Of a DNA stretch of 64,000 nt, positions 57,548 through 64,000 are shown one piece after another. Position numbers and translations under genes: made by a program. Numbering within the stretch: the stretch's first letter is position 1; the number at the start of each line of letters is the position of its first letter. The notes under the pieces were generated by a model that saw only the letters and a list, made by a program, of their open reading frames with translations, was not told where the DNA came from and did not search any database. The DNA is from Pseudomonadota bacterium (GTDB lineage Bacteria > Pseudomonadota > Gammaproteobacteria > Burkholderiales > Eutrophovitaceae), in assembly GCA_027624715.1 (NCBI GenBank), contig JAQBTV010000002.1:122636-186635 (forward strand). Reading direction: 5' to 3'.

Positions 57548-58159
57548 TTAATTAGTTCTATTGCCGTGACTCATCTCGACAAGCTTTACTGCTTGAATCT
57601 CCATTTGGACGATAAGAGAATCAACTGTTGATCTGAAGTGTCGGTAAAAAACGAGGCTTGGCACGGCGACAATAATGCCAAATGCTGCGTTGTATAGAGC
57701 AATCGATATTCCGTGTGCGAGTTGTGCTGGGTCCGTGATGCCGGTTGGGGTGGATGCCCCAAAAATCTCAATCATCCCGATTATTGTTCCTAATAGTCCA
57801 AGTAGAGGGGCCATTGTGGCGATTGTCCCAAGGGTTGTTAGGTAACGACCCATTTCTTGAGCCACTTCGATTCCAGCCTCTTCAATTGCCTCTCGCATCG
57901 CTTCCTTCGTGTTCCCCAAATTCTTAAGTCCCGCGACAAATACTCGTCCCAGAGGAGAGGATTTCTCGGTGGTTGACATCAGTTCTTGGGTTGTACCACC
58001 GGTTTTGAGCCGGCTGATTGTTTCATCTAACAAGTGTTTTGGGACTACAGCCTCTCGTCGAAGTGAATAGAAACGTTCCACAATGATTGCTAAAGATACA
58101 ATAGAACAAAAGATAATCGGCCAAATTGGCCATCCGGCAGCTTTGATAATTTCGATCAC
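57548..58159 (-). CDS. exbB: MotA/TolQ/ExbB family protein
   Basis: AGWPIWP, APLLGLLGTIIGMI, GISIALYNAAFG; likely GTG start at 58159. Confidence 0.9.
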   Translation of the reverse strand: MIEIIKAAGWPIWPIIFCSIVSLAIIVERFYSLRREAVVPKHLLDETISRLKTGGTTQELMSTTEKSSPLGRVFVAGLKNLGNTKEAMREAIEEAGIEVAQEMGRYLTTLGTIATMAPLLGLLGTIIGMIEIFGASTPTGITDPAQLAHGISIALYNAAFGIIVAVPSLVFYRHFRSTVDSLIVQMEIQAVKLVEMSHGNRTN

Positions 58160-58300
58160 GATAAACCCTTGAGTACTAGTTACGTAAGGCCCCACTTTAA
58201 ACGTCAGAGGAATTACCAGCAAGTTCAACGTTGCATATTTTAGTACTATGCAAGCGTTGCCCCATGGCAATTAACCTGCCTATTGCTTGTAAAGTCGCTT

Positions 58301-58483
58301 TGTGGATAAGTTTGTGGGTAATTCTAATCACTAATTGGTTATAACCCGATGTTGAACCAATAGGTTTCGGAATAATAGAGTGCATATTAGTAAATATTAA
58401 TAAAAATCATATAGTTATAGATTATTTATTGCTGAGGTCATGTTGGTTAATGATTTTTACACAAAGATCACGGTTGTGGATTA
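58301..58483. promoter_or_regulatory. DnaA-box cluster flanking a putative IHF site
   Basis: TGTGGATAA 58301-09, TGTGGGTAA 58313-21, TTTTACACA 58455-63, TGTGGATTA 58475-83; AATCATATAGTTA 58405-17 (one mismatch to WATCAANNNNTTR) in an AT-rich tract. Confidence 0.65.
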
Positions 58484-58603
58484 CTTGACAAGAAACTCTC
58501 TAGATATCATAAGTTTAATGAACCCAATGGCATTTTTTACTTAGTAATGTCTCGTGACAACATATCCTCCAAACCTACAAAATGAAATGTTTCAGGTCCG
58601 CAA

Positions 58604-59947
58604 ATGAGTGATTTGTTTGGTCAATCTAAAGTGCTGTCCGTGTCTCAAGTCACGAGAACTATTAAATCTCTGATTGAAAGACATTTTCCTGAGATATGGG
58701 TGAGAGGAGAGATTTCGAATTTTGTTCGAGCAGCCTCTGGACATTGTTACTTCTCTCTTAAGGACGATTCGAGTCAAATTCGTTGCGTGTTATTCCGTTC
58801 TCAGATGGTTGCGGCTGACTTTGAAATTGCGAATGGCATTGCGGTTGAATTATTAGCTACTCCCTCGATGTTTGAGAAGCGAGGAGAGTTTCAATTGATT
58901 GCTCAATCGATTCGCAAATCTGGTCTAGGTCGATTATTTGAGCTCTATGAGGAACAGAAAAGAAAACTCTCTGCCGAGGGGCTATTTGATGTCAGTAAGA
59001 AAAAGCAATTGCCTCGCTTTCCGAGAAAAATTGGTGTTGTTACGTCTAAAGATGCGGCTGCACTTCGTGATGTTTGTAAAACGCTAGCTGATAGGGCTCC
59101 CGGTGTGCCAGTGATCATCTATCCCTCGCCAGTACAAGGTGTTGGAGCAGGCAAGAAACTCGCAGAGGCTGTGTCATTAGCTGATGTGCGTTCGGAAGTT
59201 GATGTGCTGATTATTTGTCGCGGTGGCGGTAGTCTCGAGGATCTGTGGGAGTTCAATTCTGAAGACTTGGTTCGGGCAATTGCCCTTTGTTCTATTCCTG
59301 TTGCTTCAGGCGTAGGACATGAAACTGATACAACCCTGGTTGACTTTGTTTCTGACTATCGTGCTCCCACGCCAACCGCAGCCGCCACTGCTGTGGTTTA
59401 TTCCGTTTATGACCTAAATCGTGATTTACGGCGGTTTCTGAGCGCAATGGTCAGAAAGGTTAAGGGAAAAATTGACGGCAGACAGCAACATCTTGATTAT
59501 TTGAATCGCCGACTCATTCAACCGGGAAAACGGAACGCTCTGTATGCGGCAGAGCTCAATCGCCTGGCAACAAGAATGAACGCGCTTGTTCATAGTGTTT
59601 TGCGCCACCAGGAATTTCGTGTAACAACGGCTAGGGCTCAGTTACGTCGATCGCGACCCGATGGGGCGCGCTCATTGGATTTGCTTCAAGATTGGCAAAA
59701 ACGCATCCATCGAGGAATGGTCGCTATTCTTAATCAGTTTCAAGGTCGATTGTCAGGATTGAATAGCAGTTTGTCGCACCTTGACCCTGAGCATGTCTTA
59801 TCACGCGGTTACGCAATCGTTAGAAACATGAAAGATGACATTCTACGCAGTACCGAACTCATTGAAATTGACGATCAACTGACTGTGCAATTGCATGATG
59901 GTGAACTTAAGGCTTGGGTTGCTGCAAAACGTTCTCGTGACTCGTGA
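58604..59947 (+). CDS. xseA: Exodeoxyribonuclease VII large subunit
   Basis: WVRGEISNF..AASGHCYFSLKD, RGGGSLEDLW, GVGHETD, RAPTPTAAA, VLSRGYAI. Confidence 0.96.
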   Translation: MSDLFGQSKVLSVSQVTRTIKSLIERHFPEIWVRGEISNFVRAASGHCYFSLKDDSSQIRCVLFRSQMVAADFEIANGIAVELLATPSMFEKRGEFQLIAQSIRKSGLGRLFELYEEQKRKLSAEGLFDVSKKKQLPRFPRKIGVVTSKDAAALRDVCKTLADRAPGVPVIIYPSPVQGVGAGKKLAEAVSLADVRSEVDVLIICRGGGSLEDLWEFNSEDLVRAIALCSIPVASGVGHETDTTLVDFVSDYRAPTPTAAATAVVYSVYDLNRDLRRFLSAMVRKVKGKIDGRQQHLDYLNRRLIQPGKRNALYAAELNRLATRMNALVHSVLRHQEFRVTTARAQLRRSRPDGARSLDLLQDWQKRIHRGMVAILNQFQGRLSGLNSSLSHLDPEHVLSRGYAIVRNMKDDILRSTELIEIDDQLTVQLHDGELKAWVAAKRSRDS

Positions 59948-59948
59948 G

Positions 59949-60890
59949 TCAACTTGTGAGAGTTGCAACAAGTTTTTCAATTTCAGGCTGCGTATTTTTT
60001 GAATAGGGGTCGAGTACATATTTGATTGGAAAACTGCGTAGCCAAGTGAGCTGCCTTTTAGCCAGTTGACGAGTAGCGGCGCTGCCTTTATCGATTAGCG
60101 TTTGCTCGTCATACTTGCCTTCTAGGTACTCCCAAACTTGTCGATAACCAACGCATCGCATCGAGGGCATCTCTAGCGATAAGTCCCAGGTTTTCTTAAG
60201 CTGAACGACTTCTTCTATGAGGCCCATACCAATCATTTTTTTAAATCGAAGACCAATATGCTCATGTAACTTTGCTCTGGATTCAGGCACAAGGGCAATA
60301 TCGATAGTTTTGATGTTAATTTGGTTTGAAATCGTAGTGTCAAAAAACGTACTCATTGGCTCGCCTGTTATATTGAATATCTCCATGGCGCGTTGAATTC
60401 TTTGTGAGTCGTTTGGGTTTAGTCGTTTGGCTGTTTCAGGATCTATTTTGCTTAATTTCTCGTGGATATAGGGCCATCCATATTGCTTAGCCTCTATGTC
60501 TATCTCCTTCCGAATGTCAGTATCGCGTACAGGCAGTTGGTTTAATCCGTCCTTGAGAGCTTTGTAGTACATCATGGTACCGCCAGAAAAAACTGGAATT
60601 GCTCCACGATTTTTGATTTCCTTCGCTAATTTCTCGGCGTCTATTCTGAACTGTCCAGCTGAATAGTGTTCGTTTGGATTAATAATATTTATTAAGTGAT
60701 GAGGGCATTGTGATATTGCAATTAAGTCTGGTTTTGCTGTACCGATATTCATATGACGATAAACGAGGGCTGAGTCCATGCTGATCACTTCGATAGGTAA
60801 GTGTTGAGCAAGTTCGAGACAGATGTCAGTTTTTCCCGTGGCTGTTGGGCCTATGAGGCAAATTGCTTCGGCTAGGATTTTTTCATTCAT
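59949..60890 (-). CDS. miaA: tRNA dimethylallyltransferase
   Basis: GPTATGKT, DSALVYRHMNIGTAKP, CVGYRQ, TRQLAKRQLTWLR; start set at ATG 60890. Confidence 0.96.
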   Translation of the reverse strand: MNEKILAEAICLIGPTATGKTDICLELAQHLPIEVISMDSALVYRHMNIGTAKPDLIAISQCPHHLINIINPNEHYSAGQFRIDAEKLAKEIKNRGAIPVFSGGTMMYYKALKDGLNQLPVRDTDIRKEIDIEAKQYGWPYIHEKLSKIDPETAKRLNPNDSQRIQRAMEIFNITGEPMSTFFDTTISNQINIKTIDIALVPESRAKLHEHIGLRFKKMIGMGLIEEVVQLKKTWDLSLEMPSMRCVGYRQVWEYLEGKYDEQTLIDKGSAATRQLAKRQLTWLRSFPIKYVLDPYSKNTQPEIEKLVATLTS

Positions 60891-60927
60891 CTTAATGTAT
60901 TTTTCGACCGATTTCGTGTCGCGCCGA

Positions 60928-62736
60928 TTATTGTCCACGCATAAAGCGATGGTCAAGTTCGGACAATGAAATCTGAAACCAAGTCGGTCGGCCATGATTA
61001 CATTGATCTGATCGATCAGTTTGCTCCATATCACGAAGTAATTTATTCATTTCCTCAATTGTGAGTTTGCGATTAGCACGTACCGCAGAGTGACAGGCAA
61101 GTGTAGATAAAATTTCGTTGCGATGTTGTTCTAAGACGCGCGAACCTCCGTAATCAACGATGTCTTTAACGACGCTGAGCATCAACTCTGAAACCTTTCC
61201 TTGCTCTAGAAAGGAGGGAATAGATCTTACAGCTACGCTTTCTAGACCTGATGTTGAAAATTCAAAACCCAGCGTATTTAGAAGTCTCTCATTTTCGTGC
61301 ACGACTGCCATTTGGGCGAGGCTAACAGTAACGTTGATAGGAATGAGAAGAGATTGCTTTGGTATTTGTTTTAAGTTTAATGCCGTTTTTAAGCGTTCAT
61401 ACACAATTCGTTCGTGAGCCGCATGCATATCAACAATAATTAGGCCAGCTTGATTTTGCGCAAGAATGTACACGCCGCTCAATTGTGCTAGCGCAAAACC
61501 TAGTGGGTATTTATTTTCTGGGTTTTCGTCGGATTGACTCCAATTAGATATATCCACTGAATTTTTTTGTTCCATTGCAGCTGAATTTTCTTGAAAGCCA
61601 GGTTTGAGTTCTGAGCTGTTAAATCCATTAGCAGGTCGCTGGGCATAGCCCTCTGGTAGTCTCAGGATAGCTTGTGAGAATGATTGTTGAGAATCTCCTG
61701 GTGCCGCGTTATCTGTGAAGAATGAATGTATGTTTTTATGCGGCAACCACTCACTCGATGACAGATTTTTTTCTATTGCGTGGAAAACAAATTGGTACAT
61801 CGCTTGAGATTCTCGAAATCGTACTTCTGTTTTCCTGGGATGTACATTCACGTCGACTAAGCTTGGGTTAATTCGAAGAAACAGAACGTACGAGATCGAT
61901 TTTCCGTGGTGTAGGACGTCATTAAAAGCTTGTCTTATAGCATGGGAGATCACTCGATCTCGTACGAAGCGCCCGTTCACAAAAAGATATTGTGTGTCTT
62001 TATTTCTGGATTCATAAGCTGGTTGTTGAATTAATCCTTTGATGGATAAATGTTCCGTTCCTTCATCAATCCAAATGCTGGTATCGGTTAACTCGGACCC
62101 TAGTGTTTCTCGAATTCGCATTTCAATGGTCTCAGCCCGAGCTCTTCGTTGAGTCTTGCCATTGTGCGTGATTGAAAAGCGAATGCTTGGGTTTGCTAGC
62201 GCTGCTTGCTTATATACCTCATCACAGTGCCCATACTCAGTGTTTGGTGAGCGTAGAAACTTCCTCCTTGCGGGGGTGTTGAAGTAAAGATTCGATACCG
62301 TCACAACACTTCCATTAGCTAGTGCTGAGGGCTTAGGTTCTGATATCTGCCCCCCGTCAGCGCTAATTTCCCAAGCATGATCTTCACTATGATGTTTGCT
62401 AGAGAGGTTAATTTGAGACACTGAGGCTATAGACGCTAATGCCTCTCCTCGGAAACCAAGACTCCGAATGGATTCCAAATCTGCTAGCTCACTAATTTTG
62501 CTCGTGGCGTGTCGAGATATCGCCAGCTTGATTTCATTTGGTGGGATACCGGGCCCGCTATCTGAAACTCTAATCTCTCGTATTCCACCCTCAGTAATCG
62601 AAATATTAATGTCTGTAGCGCCTGAATCAATACTATTTTCAATCAGTTCTTTGAGTGCGGATGAGGGGCGCTCTACGACTTCCCCAGCGGCTATTTGGCT
62701 GATTAGAATGTCAGGTAATAATTTGATATTTGGCAT
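60928..62736 (-). CDS. mutL: DNA mismatch repair endonuclease MutL
   Basis: IAAGEVVERP, ENSID, GFRGEAL, DMHAAHER endonuclease motif, CNHGRPT. Confidence 0.97.
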   Translation of the reverse strand: MPNIKLLPDILISQIAAGEVVERPSSALKELIENSIDSGATDINISITEGGIREIRVSDSGPGIPPNEIKLAISRHATSKISELADLESIRSLGFRGEALASIASVSQINLSSKHHSEDHAWEISADGGQISEPKPSALANGSVVTVSNLYFNTPARRKFLRSPNTEYGHCDEVYKQAALANPSIRFSITHNGKTQRRARAETIEMRIRETLGSELTDTSIWIDEGTEHLSIKGLIQQPAYESRNKDTQYLFVNGRFVRDRVISHAIRQAFNDVLHHGKSISYVLFLRINPSLVDVNVHPRKTEVRFRESQAMYQFVFHAIEKNLSSSEWLPHKNIHSFFTDNAAPGDSQQSFSQAILRLPEGYAQRPANGFNSSELKPGFQENSAAMEQKNSVDISNWSQSDENPENKYPLGFALAQLSGVYILAQNQAGLIIVDMHAAHERIVYERLKTALNLKQIPKQSLLIPINVTVSLAQMAVVHENERLLNTLGFEFSTSGLESVAVRSIPSFLEQGKVSELMLSVVKDIVDYGGSRVLEQHRNEILSTLACHSAVRANRKLTIEEMNKLLRDMEQTDRSDQCNHGRPTWFQISLSELDHRFMRGQ

Positions 62737-62909
62737 GGTAATTAATATTACAGATTTTGAATGACTAATTTTTTCTTAATGTAGAATTTATGCCATATTT
62801 ATTAGATGAATTATAATTCCCGCGTCCCAGACGTATCTCATGTGCTCGTTCCATTCTGGCTTAGTTTTAATTAATTTCGTCCCAATGACAATAGGAAGGA
62901 TGTTTATAG

Positions 62910-64000
62910 ATGTTAATTGGAATTCCAGCTGAGATTCTAGATGGTGAGAATCGCGTTGCCGCAACGCCGGAGACGGTTAAAAAGTTTGTATCGAAAGGAC
63001 TCCATCGGGTCCTAGTCCAACAAGGGGCTGGAAGCAACTCGTCATTTCCAGATGGTGACTACGAAGTGGCTGGTGCGACATTGGTTGCGAGTGCGACGGA
63101 GATTTATGAGCGTGCTGAACTTGTACTGAAGGTTCAAAGGCCGAATGAGGCTGAGGTCGCAATGTTAAAAAGAGGTCAAGTTCTGATTGGGCTCTTGCAG
63201 CCTCACAACGAATCTGCGATTCAGCGTTTGAAAGAAGTTGGAGTCATAGGTTTTGCGATGGAGCGGTTGCCGCGAATTTCACGAGCTCAGTCAATGGACG
63301 TGTTGTCGTCGCAGGCCAATTTAGCCGGATACAAAGCCGTTTTGATGGCAGCGAATGCTTATAAAAAATTTATGCCCATGTTAATGACGGCAGCCGGAAC
63401 TATTAAGGCGGCGCGAGTGGTTGTTATGGGGGTCGGCGTTGCTGGCTTGCAGGCTATTGCCACCGCAAAACGTTTGGGTGCGGTTGTTGAGGCGACTGAC
63501 GTCAGGCCGGAGACGAAAGAACAAGTGGAATCACTGGGTGCGAAGTTTATTGAGGTCCCGTTAAGTGAAGACGAGCAGGAACTTGCTAAAGGGGAAGGTG
63601 GGTACGCGAAAGAAATGGGTGATGATTACAAAAAGCGTCAGGCAGAATTAATCGCTGCGAGATTAAAGCAGGCGGATATTGTTATCACTACAGCTCTTAT
63701 ACCCGGTAGGGCAGCCCCGATTCTCGTTACTGAGGAGATGGTTAAGTCCATGAAGCCTGGCTCCGTGATTGTAGATATGGCAGCAGAGCAAGGAGGGAAC
63801 TGCCCTCTAACGCAACCAAACGAAACGACAGAGCAGTATGGCGTGATCCTAATTGGGTCGGTTAACATCCCATCCAGTGTGGCGTCAGATGCAAGCTCCT
63901 TATACTCGAGAAATTTATTGAATTTTATGGAATTACTTGTTAACAAAGAAACTGGTTCTTTTGAATTAAATTTGGATGATGAAATTGTATCCGGCACTTT
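62910..64000 (+). CDS. pntA: NAD(P) transhydrogenase alpha subunit (domain I); truncated by the window end and absent from the ORF track
   Basis: Manual translation MLIGIPAEILDGENRVAATPETVKK...RISRAQSMDVLSSQANLAGYKAV...GVGVAGLQAIATAKRLGA; AGGAAGG RBS. Confidence 0.95.
   Translation, partial: MLIGIPAEILDGENRVAATPETVKKFVSKGLHRVLVQQGAGSNSSFPDGDYEVAGATLVASATEIYERAELVLKVQRPNEAEVAMLKRGQVLIGLLQPHNESAIQRLKEVGVIGFAMERLPRISRAQSMDVLSSQANLAGYKAVLMAANAYKKFMPMLMTAAGTIKAARVVVMGVGVAGLQAIATAKRLGAVVEATDVRPETKEQVESLGAKFIEVPLSEDEQELAKGEGGYAKEMGDDYKKRQAELIAARLKQADIVITTALIPGRAAPILVTEEMVKSMKPGSVIVDMAAEQGGNCPLTQPNETTEQYGVILIGSVNIPSSVASDASSLYSRNLLNFMELLVNKETGSFELNLDDEIVSGT

Noticed and set aside
58271-58603. Firm oriC call for the DnaA-box cluster
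   Set aside because: Only four boxes, no dnaA/gidA/parAB nearby and no obvious strand-bias switch by eye; kept as a datA-like hypothesis
1-64000. tRNA, rRNA, CRISPR arrays, IS elements, prophage, and the many short antisense or nested ORFs in the track
   Set aside because: No cloverleaf, repeat-spacer array, transposase, integrase or phage structural gene seen by eye; nested ORFs are shadows of well-supported genes

Overview
This is a gene-dense, moderately AT-rich bacterial chromosome segment, most likely a betaproteobacterium (Burkholderiales/Nitrosomonadales s.l.). The inference rests on the xseA / exbB-exbD-lpxK-ycaR-kdsB-adk synteny and a stand-alone infA paralogue. About 62 CDS are supported, including two absent from the ORF track: ycaR/Trm112 and pntA, which runs off the right end. 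Content: (1) an MxaJ/XoxJ-like binding protein followed by exbB-exbD-tonB; (2) a Fur-box-preceded bfd upstream of a flavinylation module (FMN-binding protein, ApbE, His-rich membrane protein); (3) many organic-matter catabolic genes (acyl-CoA ligases, SDRs, D-amino-acid dehydrogenase, deacylases, haloalkane dehalogenase, amidase, TAXI-TRAP transporter); (4) a double-length UvrA; (5) an adk-pfp-hppA pyrophosphate cluster; (6) housekeeping genes (prfC, rlmJ, lpxK, kdsB, xseA, miaA, mutL). No rRNA, tRNA, CRISPR array, IS or prophage was seen. The most notable signals are non-coding: a datA-like DnaA-box/IHF element between exbB and xseA, a promoter-driven structured RNA candidate of about 150 nt upstream of a degenerate SLOG - MazG - rlmJ - RecE-like nuclease string, and a structured leader upstream of a short PuuD-like gene. 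All family calls come from motif recognition by eye; no database searches were run.
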